A stretch of DNA of 64,000 nt. Source: Eledone cirrhosa. Its lineage: Eukaryota. Within the stretch, counting starts at the first letter, position 1; every line of letters begins with the position of its first letter. Location: positions 363,320,001 through 363,384,000 of the forward strand of contig OZ024740.1 of assembly GCA_964016885.1 (NCBI GenBank), given 5' to 3'. Position numbers and translations under genes: made by a program. Below, one piece after another: positions 1 to 12,219 of this stretch. Below the pieces are notes generated by a model. That model worked only from the letters and a program-made list of their open reading frames with translations, was not told the DNA's origin and searched no databases.

Positions 1-168
<168 letters not shown>

Positions 169-200
169 AAATAAAGATCCGAAGGCATGGTATAAATTTC

Positions 201-296
201 CAATCATTTTAATCACGACACATGTTTTAATAAGAGATAGATCGATCGTGCGGCCATGATCGATTATCACTGATCTCCTCAGGTGAAAATGAATTG
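201..296 (-). ncRNA. Second hammerhead copy, with core GAAA mutated to AAAA
   Basis: Reverse complement reads tcacCTGAGGAgatcagtgata...tatctcttattAAAACATGTGTCgtga. Confidence 0.6.
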
Positions 297-1542
297 TCTT
301 CAAATCCTTGATATGAGGGAGAAAAATTCAACGATGCTCACTCACTAGAGTTCCCCCCCCCCCTCCTCCGCTATGAAGATTAAGTAGTAAAACACGCCGA
401 CTGCTATCGTCCTCAGTTAGGGTAATAAAACTATCAAGTCTCTATCTCTCAATAGCTGTAAAAGACGCTGGACGGGTCTAATCTCAACATCAAATCTTTA
501 GAATTACAGTCGGTCACAGTTAGTGTGAGTGAGTACACACACACTCACACATCATATATATATATACCAACATAGTATGACTGGTCACGGTCCTATCAAT
601 TGAACACTACACTAGGTTTTGATCCGTGATCATCTAACCATGGAGTGCTCACAGTTACTGGTTGGACAATATTACTTACACACCATTAATGGGTTTACAC
701 ACATCCTCGGGATTTTGCTATTCTTTTTTATTTTATTTTATTTTATTTTATTTTATTTCTGTGTTGGGTAACACACCTCCACCCCTCAAACACCTATCTT
801 AAAAGCCCAAGGGCCCATATGACGGGAAATCGCACATACTGACACCTTAACTCAAATACCCAACCCTACACAGAGCCCCTTGGTGGCCTACATGGCGGTT
901 GCTTGCACGCACAGATTTGGGGACTCAGATTCTCAATGGGACAACAGCACATACAGAGTTCGATATGAGCTGACTACTTGCTCTTCACATGGATGTGTAT
1001 ATACCAAAACATACACTTTTTTAGACGATGCGGATGTGTATATACCAAAACATACACTATATAGAAGATAAGGATGTTACAATTCAATCGATACACGTAT
1101 AGCAGAACATTGAACTGAATTTACTTGCGTGTGTATAAGGTTGCGGTTGACCCAATTTCTCCAATTTACATCGTCAAATTGAGATTTGACCAATATAACA
1201 TTTGTTGTTTTGTAAACTAACTTTCGGTGAATATTATGTTGGTATATATTTATATATATATATATTTTCTTCGACCTCGCGTCGGTGTGTGTGAGTGTGT
1301 GTGTACTCACTCACACTAACTGTGACCGACTGTAATTCTAAAGATTTGATGTTGAGATTAGACCCATCCAGCGTCTCTTTTACAGCTATTGAGAGATAGA
1401 GACTTGATAGTTTTATTACTCTAACTGAGGACGATAGCAGTCGGCGTGTTTTGGCTGCTTAATCTTCATGAGGGGGGGGGGGGACAAAACTCTAGTGAGT
1501 GAACATCGTTAAATTTTCTCCCTCATATCAAAGATTTGAAGA

Positions 1543-1638
1543 CAATTCATTTTCACCTGACGAGGTCAGTGATAATCGATCATGGCCGCACGATCGATCT
1601 ATCTCTTATTGAAACATGTGTCGTGATTAAAATGATTG
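1543..1638 (+). ncRNA. Type I hammerhead ribozyme motif (Penelope-type minimal stem III)
   Basis: tcac-CTGACGA(1557)-long stem II (gataatcgatc/gatcgatctatc)-GAAAC ATGT GTC(1622)-gtga. Stem I tcac/gtga extends through catttt/aaaatg. Confidence 0.75.
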
Positions 1639-1801
1639 GAATTTTATACCATGCCTTCGGATCTTTATTTTGATATAAATACTCCGTTTTACCTCATCTA
1701 GCTGTTCCCATAAATGGAATTGGAGATATACAAAAGCGTGGAGAACTTAATATTATTAACAAAACTTTATTGGACCGTTTGACACAACCAATAATACACC
1801 T

Positions 1802-1863
<62 letters not shown>

Positions 1864-2269
1864 GGGGGGGAGTATGTGTCTGGGTGTATATATGTATGTA
1901 TATATATTATCGAAATGCTGAATGTTTGAGAGTTGAAAATGTGATCTTCCCATACGCAGAACATAATGGTTATAACAGTAGATCAATATAGATAATAGTT
2001 GAAAAAATAGTTGAAAAACCTGAACAGACGCGCCTGCAATGAAGCATGCCCCCGTTTCGCTTGAATACTGTAGATATTTCTGTCCACTAGGGCGATCTGG
2101 ACTAAATATTGCAAAAAATCTTTCCTGGAGATATAAAGTTTCTCATATAAGCCACAATAGAAAATGATAGTGTAAAACGTTAGATATAAAATAATTCTAT
2201 GAAATCACCGACTGGGATGAAGACGGGGAAATAGTTAGGATAATGTAAGTTATTTTCAGCATCTATTAT

Positions 2270-4547
2270 CACCGGGCTGCAAATAAAAATTCTTTTAAAT
2301 CGTCTAAGTTTTTTCAACTAATATAGGACAATTTTGTACCGCTGAATCAGGAAATGACATCCGTTTCTCTCGATCAGGTCAGGTTTTTGTGCTAAGTCGA
2401 TTTTAAAAAATCCGATCTTCTGACTATATCGATTACATTTTTGTGACATTTTCGGTTGATTTTTGTTAATATTTCTCATTCGAAATAGATTTTTAAGAGA
2501 AAAAATCGTTTTCTAACACAATTCATTAATTAAGTGTTATAAAAATTGATTAGTGTACATTGAATAGTAGAGATTGATAAAGGTAAGTACATGTAAATTG
2601 CATGTTGGATCATCATTGTTCAAATTTCAGGGCTTGAACTTCCGTTTCTTCGAACTATAATGCTCAGCGGCAAGGACGTCTCTTTTCAGAGTCCAACAGT
2701 AATCAGCCATCAGGACTGTATCCCAGCGTCCCTGATACCTGGTCTCCATTTCTTTCATGTTCTGATGGAATTTCTCCTCTTGCTCGTCGCTCATTTATTC
2801 CAGATTCTCAGGAAACCGATCCATATGTGAGAATAAGTACTGCATTTTGATGCTCAATTTGCATCCAAGGTTTCTGAAAGCAGTCAGCATATTGGTGACA
2901 GGTTCTGTGTAGTTCCTGTCCTTGTTGCCAAAAAATGTTCTTCACGACCAGAACAAAAACCTTCCACGCTTCCAGTTCTATTTCGTTCATAGACGTTTCA
3001 AACTCTTGATCTCTGATAAGCTGACGGAGTTGAGGGCAGTCAAAGATGCCATCTTTCAACTTCTCCATGGTCAATCCTGGAAAAGCGTGGCACAAGAAAG
3101 TGAAGCAGCCACCCTGCTTGTCCAGAGCTTTGGTGAACTGTTTGATCAAGCCGAGCTTGATGTGCAGCGGTGGGGAGAGTATCCTGTCTCTGTCTCCCAG
3201 AGGGTTGTTTATGATATTACTTGCTCTGCAAGGCACCAATTCCTCCTTTCCAGGCCAGTCCTTCTTCGTGTAATTCTGAGCTTGGGCCCTACTATCCCAC
3301 ATGCACAGAAAGCACGGGCAATTGGTGAACCCAGACTGTTGTCCCAACAAAACGTTCACCATCTTCAGGTCAACACAAATCAACTACTCATGATGATCAT
3401 AACGAATCGAATTTTCTCCAGCACGTATTTCACTGCTTCATACGTCTCCTTAAGTGTAGTCGAGTGAGCGAGGCGTACAGCGGCAAACTGGTTGCCATTG
3501 TGCAGTACAACACATTTCAGAGATTACTTGCTGTTGTCAATGAACAGTCTCCAATCTTCAGGTTGGTACTGTGGCACACCAAGCTTGTACAGAAGCTGCA
3601 CAATGTATGTACAGTACACCAAGTCGGAAGTACTCCAAACGGAAGTACTCTTGATGTCTGTAACGGCAGAAAGTGATGCGAGCACTGTCAGAGAGGAGGC
3701 TTTTTTCCTTCAATCTGGATGCCAACAGTTCAGCAGAGAACTTTGACAAGCTGAAATCGCGAATTAGATCATTTAGCTCCTTTTAAGAATAAAAATATGG
3801 GCATCATCGTCAAGAACCACTTCTTTTTCTTAAATTCCTTCAATACTGGAGGAATCTTCGTCACTAATATCAGGAGTTTCTCCAAAGACAGATACTGATT
3901 TCATCACAATAAGCTACAGGATGACGTGCTGATTCAAGATCAGGATACACTTGAGGCTGCTCCGGTTCTTTCTATTGATCCCAGTCAAATTAATAGCGCA
4001 GAAGTAGCAGTCAGTGCCATGGTTTGTCGGCTCCCTCCAAATCATGGGAATTCCAAAGTTCAGAAGCTATTCTTGCCCTTGGTCCAACGACGCAGATACT
4101 CGGTGCATGTCTTGCATACCATGTGTGACGCCCAAGTTTCATACCCAAATAAGCATGGTAAGCACGCTTTATGAAACTTGTGACTGGATTCCTGTTGGAA
4201 CAACTGTGTATTCGACGCAGATGTAACAGAATACATCAGGCTTATTTTTGCAAGATCTGGCCGGATCAATTTCATTCACCTGCAAAAGAAAAAAAAAACA
4301 GTTTGTCAAAAGTTGATACATGTAAACTCTTCGGAATTCGTTTATTTAAAGAAATAAGAAAGAAGTTTGCATCATATAAATAGAAAATACTCGTACATGT
4401 AAACAAAAACTTTATAAAGCATCATGTGTCGATACATCAAAAAGTTGACCTGATTGAGCAAAACCAATGTAATTTTTGGATTCAGCACATCAAAATTGTC
4501 CTAAATCAACTATAGAAACTTAAACAGTAAATTTGTTGTTGGCCAGA
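2270..4547 (-). mobile_element. Chapaev3-like (CMC superfamily) DNA transposon with decayed transposase
   Basis: Frameshifted motifs RSCKNKPDVFCYIC, HMVCKTCTEYLRRWTKG, SAELLASRLKEK, CVDLKMVNVLLGQQSG..PCFLCMWDSR, PPLHIKLGLIKQF. Ends are CAC...CCAGAG|TTA, with subterminal inverted repeats at ~2345-2390 and ~4440-4490. Confidence 0.8.
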
Positions 4548-4711
4548 GTTATTTTGTTTATATTCTTAATCATTACGAGACAATTCGTTATATCTACGAC
4601 ACTTTTCAGACCTTTTCCCAAGTACACAGCTCCCACTCAATGTTTTTAATTGAAATGTGTTGGTATCGTTACAAGTTATGTCTCTCCTCCTCTCTCTCTC
4701 TCACACACACA

Positions 4712-4755
<44 letters not shown>

Positions 4756-4789
4756 AAATTGCCAGATCTAATTGATTCTCTGTAAAAAC

Positions 4790-5430
4790 TTTCTGAAATT
4801 GCTTCATGAAAATATGAAGAGTTGGAACTGAGTCCCAATAGCTTCTGTCGTATCACAGGCTACAAACCAACAACAAACAAGCCAAGAAAGAGAAAGAGAA
4901 TTCTGATGCAATTCCAACATCACTCTCACCAAGAGAAAAGTTCAGATGCAGGACCTTCAATGTTATTTTAGATCAGTTGACTCTTGTCTTACAAAAACAC
5001 AGGACACCAATCACGGCATGACAAATTTAAAGCCATAGTAAACGTATTTAGTTTGCTTGATGTTGAGACAAGAACTGAAGCTGTAAAACTTACCACTGCT
5101 TTCCTATGTGATTTTTGTGATGTGTCGATAAAAACATGTCCAGATTGCTGTCTTTTCCAAGCACAGATCGTGTCTCATCCCATCTCAACAGACAGTTTTA
5201 CTCAATGATGAAGCACTTGCTGATATCTTTCCAAGTGTTGATTATTATTAGAATATATTTGTACTTGATGGTCATAAGTTGTTCAAGTGAGACATCATTC
5301 AGCAAATTAACACTCAAAGAATTATCTGAGAACCCTGAAAGACCAAGAGCTCTTTGTCTACTGGATGATGCAATTTAAGGAATTCATTAAAGATTTGTCA
5401 GATGCCAAGTGTAGAGAGAAATACTTTTTG
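4790..5430 (+). mobile_element. hAT transposase remnant (C-terminal dimerization domain)
   Basis: Translation RIYLYLMVISCSSETSFSKL resembles the hAT dimerization motif (..SSERSFSKL); heavily degraded. Confidence 0.6.
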
Positions 5431-5829
5431 TGTGTATTGTAATGATGCATATAGCTGTAAGTAGCTATAGCTTACTGTACTTAATTTAGATAAACGTTTC
5501 TACCGACAGGTGCGTTTAACTTTTCTATGGACGATTTAGCATATCTTAGTACACTTGCCTCTGTGGCAGCCCAGCAACTAACTTGACAGTTTTGCATTTA
5601 ATATATATGTACATTTTAATTTTTTTTTTCTTCTAGCATTATATATGTTTCCCTGTCACAGTTATGCAGTTTCATTTATATATAGTTCAGTTCTTTTGGT
5701 TTTTTTTTTTTTGGTTTTTTGCATTTAACTTTTGTCAATTACAATTATATGCACTAAGTGAACAGAAATTTAGTAATTTCCTGTGTTATAAATGTTCTGT
5801 CCTAGAGACCCATACACAAAAAGAGTAAG

Positions 5830-6290
5830 ACGTTTTGAGAAATCAATGGCATGTTTATGAGATGTGTGTCGTTGAAACTGCATGGAAATGTGTATGCTGC
5901 ATGTGTGAGAAGTACCTTGATTTATGGAAGCAGGACATGGGTAATGAATATGGAACCGCAGAGAAGGCTGGAAAGCGCAGATTGAAAATGGTTCAGTAGA
6001 TGAGTGAACTGTTCCTCAGTGTGCGGAAGACAAAAATGAATTGCAGAGGATGATGGAGATAGAGTCAGTGATGAATGTTATGAAGAGAAATAGTATAAGA
6101 TGGTTGGGACATGTGTTGAAGAACATGAGTGGGAGAAGAACAATGGAAATAAATGGGGAGGGTGATAGAAGAAGGGGATGACTAAAATATATATGTCTAG
6201 AGATGATAGAAGAAGAGATGAAAGTTAGGGGTTTGGTGAAGAGAAATGTAGTCAATACAGCTAAGCGTAAAAAGCTTATCATAGGGTCCA
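5830..6290 (+). mobile_element. RTE-like LINE 3' fragment
   Basis: Degenerate CVRSTLIYGSRTW, RRLESA and IRWLGHVLK motifs typical of RTE ORF C-termini. Confidence 0.65.
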
Positions 6291-6362
6291 GGGTTCGGCT
6301 TCGGAGGGGAACTTTCTAGATGCAAATTCTATGGTCATTCGTGAATGAAAGGTCTTTTCACT

Positions 6363-6364
<2 letters not shown>

Positions 6365-6397
<33 letters not shown>

Positions 6398-6418
6398 GTA
6401 TGTGCCCGTGTGTGTATG

Positions 6419-6509
<91 letters not shown>

Positions 6510-6962
6510 GTCAGGGTAAGATTTTTAACCATCTTCGAACTCAATATAGTGTTGGTGTATTTACACCAATCGAAGCAAAGTGCCATCCGGTTTTGTGGAA
6601 TGAAGATCTCCCGCTTAGGTGAATAAGTATTCAAATAGCAGGGTCGAGTGGATTTATTCTATGTGTATGTCATGAATCCATCTGAACTATATTTCCGTCA
6701 AATCACACATTCAACAGTTGCCTTAGGTCAATGGTAATATGATATGCCTGACCAAAGTCATCTTGCTTTCTTTTCTTTATTATGGTACATTTGGGCTAGT
6801 CTCATGAATGTCCGAGCAAGCTCGACCAGGTGATGATGATGAACTCACATATGTCTAAATTGCTCTTCGCCATTTATGCCTTCACCATTTCCACCGCGTG
6901 ACCCTGCACATCCAAAAATGTGTAAATATGCATATACATGTATGCATGTATATATATATATT

Positions 6963-7031
<69 letters not shown>

Positions 7032-7078
7032 ATGTGTATGCATGTGTATGCATGTGTATGTATGTGTATGTATATGCG
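6365..7078. repeat. (TA)n/(TG)n microsatellites at 6365-6510 and 6925-7078
   Basis: Direct reading. Confidence 0.95.
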
Positions 7079-7109
7079 CGGGGACATAGAAATAATCAGG
7101 CTGGATACC

Positions 7110-7355
7110 CGATCGCACGGTTAAACCACTGGGAGTGAAGGACCCCTAGCATTTGTCAGGGCATTCTTCTAGGAGAAAGCAACTCAAGAAACTGGGATAA
7201 CTCCGACATAAAACCTGCGGCTCAGTAGTTACTGATGATGTTGATCTTTTCTTCTTTTCGGGTTATAGCTACTGTCGCTCAGAGAGTGGGATTGGCTCAG
7301 TGCACAGTCTTTCCTCACTTTAAAACATATTTTCACGCACAGGCATTGCACGATA
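7110..7355 (+). mobile_element. Fragment of the interspersed repeat family also at 8965-9418, 9903-10227 and 62404-63011
   Basis: Shared string cgcacggttaaaccactgggagtgaaggacccctagc...ttctaggagaa...gagtggga...cacaggcattgc. Confidence 0.75.
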
Positions 7356-8289
7356 GCATTAATTGATAATTATTAATAATGTTATATCGTGCAATGGCCA
7401 TACTTGATAACGAGGGGGCAGCCATCATATATGTATGTATGTTCTGGTTTCATAATTTTATAATATTTTACCAATAGAGAGAGAGAGAGTTGGTTTCTAG
7501 CATAGACACAAGAGTCTCTCATTGGAATGTAAACAACATCAATTAGGTAGATATGTCTGCATGTCTGCATGCATGCATGTGTGTGCAGGTATGGATCTTA
7601 TTGTATGTGTGGATGTGGATGTTTTGAGTTACATGTGTGCATGTGCATATGCTTTTTATCTGTACAATAATGTTTGTATGTATGTATGTACGTACGTATG
7701 TATGTACGTATGTATGTATCTTCTATGGGGTAAATGCATTCGATCGATGTTCACAGAGTGGGGTTGGCCCCGTGCAAAGCCTTCCCTCACTTAAAAAAGC
7801 TTCAAGTACAGGCATCGCTTGATATGTGACATTTTTTGTGATGCTTGGCGTTGCTGGCCATAGGCAAGTAACTAGCAGGAGTAAAAAGCCACGTCTATGA
7901 TGCTCATGTACGTATGTACTGGTTTTATAATTTCACAAATTTTTTCCCAATAGAAAGAGAGTCAGTTTCTAATATAGACACAAGACGCTTTCATTGGAAT
8001 TTACACAACATCAACTAGGGAGATTATGTATGCATGTGTAGATATGGATGTTATTGTATGTGTGGATGTGGATGTTTTGAGTTGTATGTGTGCATGTGTA
8101 TATGCTTTGTATCTGTACATGTGTATATGCAGTTATTAGATGCAATATTTTTGGAATGTTTTACACTATTTTGGAATGTTTTACAATATTTTTGGAATGT
8201 TTTTACTGTTCCATTAATGGATTGTACTTATAATTTCCTATGTATGTATGTGACTAATTTTTATTGAACTTCCATTTCAGAAAATAACA

Positions 8290-8808
8290 ATGAAAATAAC
8301 TATGCTTTCTAATGAAATGAAAAGGCATGTTGTGATTGTGGCTTTGAAGGCTAAGCATGGGTGTTTAGACATTTCTGAAAGTTGCAAGACCTTTTGTCCA
8401 CAATATTCGGTGTGAGTTAGAGAAAGAAGATGGAAGCATATTACCTGTATCAAAACTTAAAAAACATTCCAAACGCTCTGATTCTATCAGGACACTGAAT
8501 TTATTCAGGAAGTTAAGCAAAACATTGATGACAATCCAGGAAAATCAATGAGGTCAATAGCAAAAAATGTTGGTGTCAGTAAAAACAATCAGAAATGCTG
8601 TGCATGAAGACATCAGATATAAATCTTACGTGATGAGGAGAGGTCGTTTCATGTCAGAAAAAAAAAAAGTAAAGCGTTTAATCAGATCCAAAAGACTTTT
8701 AAACAAACTTAAAAATCCATCACAAGATGGTGTGATTTGGTTTTTCTCAGATGAAAAAAACTTGGACCAGGACCACAAAACTAACAGAAGAAATGACAGG
8801 TGGCTATG

Positions 8809-8810
<2 letters not shown>
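8290..8810 (+). mobile_element. Tc1/mariner (maT-like) transposase 5' half, truncated
   Basis: MKRHVVIVALKA; HTH region [27 protein letters not shown]; first catalytic Asp motif [17 protein letters not shown], after which the sequence runs into a microsatellite. Confidence 0.85.
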
Positions 8811-8855
<45 letters not shown>

Positions 8856-8864
8856 ATATGTATG

Positions 8865-8919
<55 letters not shown>

Positions 8920-8920
8920 G

Positions 8921-8957
<37 letters not shown>

Positions 8958-8964
8958 GTATATA

Positions 8965-9417
8965 AGGGCTAAGGAGCTCTTAAGAGTCAATGGCCATCCA
9001 AAATCACCGGGAGAGATGACCCCTTAGCCTTTGTCAAGGCAGAATTCTAGGAGAAGGAAAACTCTGATATAACACCTGCAACCCTGATGGTATCCAATGA
9101 TGTTGACTTGTTCTTCTTTTTGGTAAATATCATCTTGGTTAAGAGAGTGGGACTGGCTTTGTGCAGTGCCTTTGCTCACTATAAAAGCTTCACGGCACAG
9201 GCATTGCTTTATATCTGGAGATCTCTCTGCACTTGTCCTCACATGGTACCATGGGCCCAGCACTATGTGTCAATAATTGTCACAAGTGTAGTGTTTGTAC
9301 CAGAGTTTTCAAGTCGCTGGCTGGACTAAAAAGTCACACTCGTTCAGCGCATTGGTAGGAGTTCTCCTACATGGATATAAAGTAGTGGCCGTACTCGAAA
9401 ACGAGTTGGCAGCCACC

Positions 9418-9418
<1 letters not shown>
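8965..9418 (+). mobile_element. 5'-truncated non-autonomous retroposon-like repeat embedded in (TA)n
   Basis: Closely matches the reverse complement of 62404-62850 and ends in gagttggcagccacc(at)n. Confidence 0.8.
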
Positions 9419-9472
<54 letters not shown>

Positions 9473-9631
9473 TATATATGTATGTATGTATATATGTATG
9501 TATGTATATATATATATGTATGTATATATATATATGTATGTATGTATATATGTATGTATGTATATATATATATGTATGTATGTATGTATATATGTATGTA
9601 TGTATATATATATATATGTATATATATATAC

Positions 9632-9700
<69 letters not shown>

Positions 9701-9900
9701 CATACATGTATATATGTATATATATATATATATGTATGTGTGTATGTATATGTATATGTGTATGTATGTATATATATATATATATGTATTTATGTGTGTA
9801 TGTATATGTATATGTGTATGTATGTATATATATATATATATATATGTATTTATGTATATATATATATGTATATATGTATATATGTATGTATGTATATATA
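9419..9900. repeat. Compound (TA)n/(TATG)n microsatellite
   Basis: Direct reading. Confidence 0.95.
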
Positions 9901-9902
9901 TT

Positions 9903-10227
9903 GTCGGGTCACTCTTGAGTGCTACTGGTAACATGTAACCCATTACAACCTGTCGCATGGTCGGGTCGTCGGCGACTAAACCGGCAACCCCACCAAGTTT
10001 ACTTGGTGAGGAGGGTGATTTTGGACACCCTGCAGGACAAAAAACAAAACCTGGCAAAGGGCGGAAGAACTCATAAGAGTGAACGGCCATCCGAAAGTGT
10101 GTAAATATGTATATACACATTACCGCACGGTTAAACCACTGGGAGTGAAGGACCCCTAGCCTTTTTCAGGGCATTCTTCTAGGAGAAGGCAACTCAGGAA
10201 ACTGGGATAACTCCGATATAAAACCTG
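9903..10227 (+). mobile_element. 5' part of the same repeat family (related subfamily)
   Basis: gtcgggtcac...gtgctactggtaacatgta...ggcgactaaac...gaggagggtga matches the reverse complement of 62860-63011. Confidence 0.75.
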
Positions 10228-10760
10228 AATTCTGTTCTTCCCTTGGTCCACTGGTCTCTTTCTGATTGGATGCTTTCCTTCGGCTGGTGATTTCTCATTT
10301 CACCATTACCGCCTACCTGTTGTTCGCCCGGCCTGCCGTCTTAGACTGTTGCAGCGGGTATCTTATTTGCGGTTGTTTTCAGATCCTTCTGTGTCTCCGT
10401 AGAACCCTTTGTGGTCAGTGTTTATATTTTCTTCCTTTTCTTTTTCTCTATCTTCTTCTTCCTTGAGGACACAGCTTAGCAAGGCCATGTGTGGCACTCT
10501 GAGGACATCGGCCTTCTCAATTTCTCTCCTTTTCCTCTCTATTTACGCCAAAGTCATCAGAAAGCCATGGCTCTTCAAGCTCTCCGCAATTATTTTGGTT
10601 GGCAGCGACCCATCAGCCAGGCTTCATCCTTTGATCATCACCTCCAGTTCTATCTTTGTCTAATTTCGTTTGCCCCTATTTGCATTTCCACCTTACATGC
10701 AGTCCTTTTCGCTCTAGAGGGGAGAGAGAGGATGCGCGGGAAGGGTAGGGAGAAGGTTAA

Positions 10761-10809
<49 letters not shown>

Positions 10810-11224
10810 TATGCATAGTGACTTGAACAAACAAACGTTAATTATAATTATTAGTATGTTTCTTTAAATATTGTTCGAGACACCTCAAAAAAACACGTGT
10901 TCATGAGAAAAATAATATAAATAAATATAAATAAAATGAAATAACTAAAAATAAAATGAGATAAAATAAAATAAAATCGCGCAGATTCAAATAAATAGAT
11001 AAATATGATTTTAACGACTATTACTGTGAGCTTTAAATATTAGGTATCAAGTACTAGATAAGCGTATCGGTTTGTTTACAATATACTTTTGATAGATGCT
11101 AAATAAATTTAAATTATATTTCGGGGAACATACATAGTACTCAAATAATTTTCTAATGTATTTGGATCGAACAGAGCAGGAGAAAGACACGCCAAGCATC
11201 CAAGCAATCCATTCGTGTATACAT

Positions 11225-12219
11225 ATATATATATTTATATTAATAAAGCTGACCGCCGTATGTATATAACAAAATTTTCGCCAAACGGCTGGACCAAACG
11301 GCACCAAATTTGCACCATAGATGTAACTTTTTCAAAGTAAGAAAGTGAGGGTATTTTTGTCTTCTAAATTTCGTTAAAAGATTAAAGATATGTTATTGTT
11401 TATTTAATTATTCACTTCTTTAAAATTTTCAAATGTCAACACTTCCGGTTATACGACATTCCTCTCTCTTTCTTAGTCTGTCTTTTTAGATAGATACATA
11501 GCTATAACGTCGCGCCCTTATAATGTGTATCTGTATGCCTGGCTGTCTGCATTATGAAAACCATTCTGTACATTGACTTCGCTATCTGTGTGTGTATGTA
11601 TATATATATATATATATATAGTGTGTGTGTGTATATATATATATAGTGTTAGTATCATAAATAAGAGACAGTTTAATTTGTACATTTTATGACAGCATTC
11701 CTTTATACGTATATTTACATACATAAACATGTTATTTACAGTTGTATAAAAAAAGAAGTATAATTGTTTCTACTTTTGGCACAAGGCCAGCAATTATTCC
11801 AGTACATTACTGGTACTTTATTATATATAATATATATAATACGACATTCCTCTCTCTTTCTTACTCTGTCTTTTTAGATAGATACATAGCTATAACGTCG
11901 CGCGCTTATAATATCCATCTGTATGTCTGCCTGTCTGCATTGACTTCGCTTCTAACCAACTTTTAATTAATTATATATATATATAATTAAATATTCATAC
12001 AGTAATACTGTAGTATATCATTTCAACAGTAATACTGTACTACATATTTTCAACACTAATACTATACTATATATTTTCAACAGTAATACTGTACTACACT
12101 ATTATTTTCAACAGTAATACTATTCTATATATTTTCAACAGTAATACTAGACTATACTCTATATTTTTTATATATATGGATGCCGTAGAACACGCCAGTG
12201 GTAGCCGGGCGCCATCTTG
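11225..12219 (+). mobile_element. Degenerate non-autonomous Helitron-like element with internal repeats
   Basis: Start tatattaataaagctga...aaacggctggacc is typical of short Helitrons. GC-rich 3' end gccgggcgccatCTTGt (CTAG-like). Internal duplication (11451-11585 and 11838-11950) and ~28-bp tandem units at 12000-12165. Confidence 0.5.

Noticed and set aside
9295-10120. YI/CV/HT-rich ORFs here and at 1.8, 6.4-7.1, 14.5-15, 35.3-36.7 and 62.8-63.2 kb
   Set aside because: Translations of (TA)n/(TG)n microsatellites.
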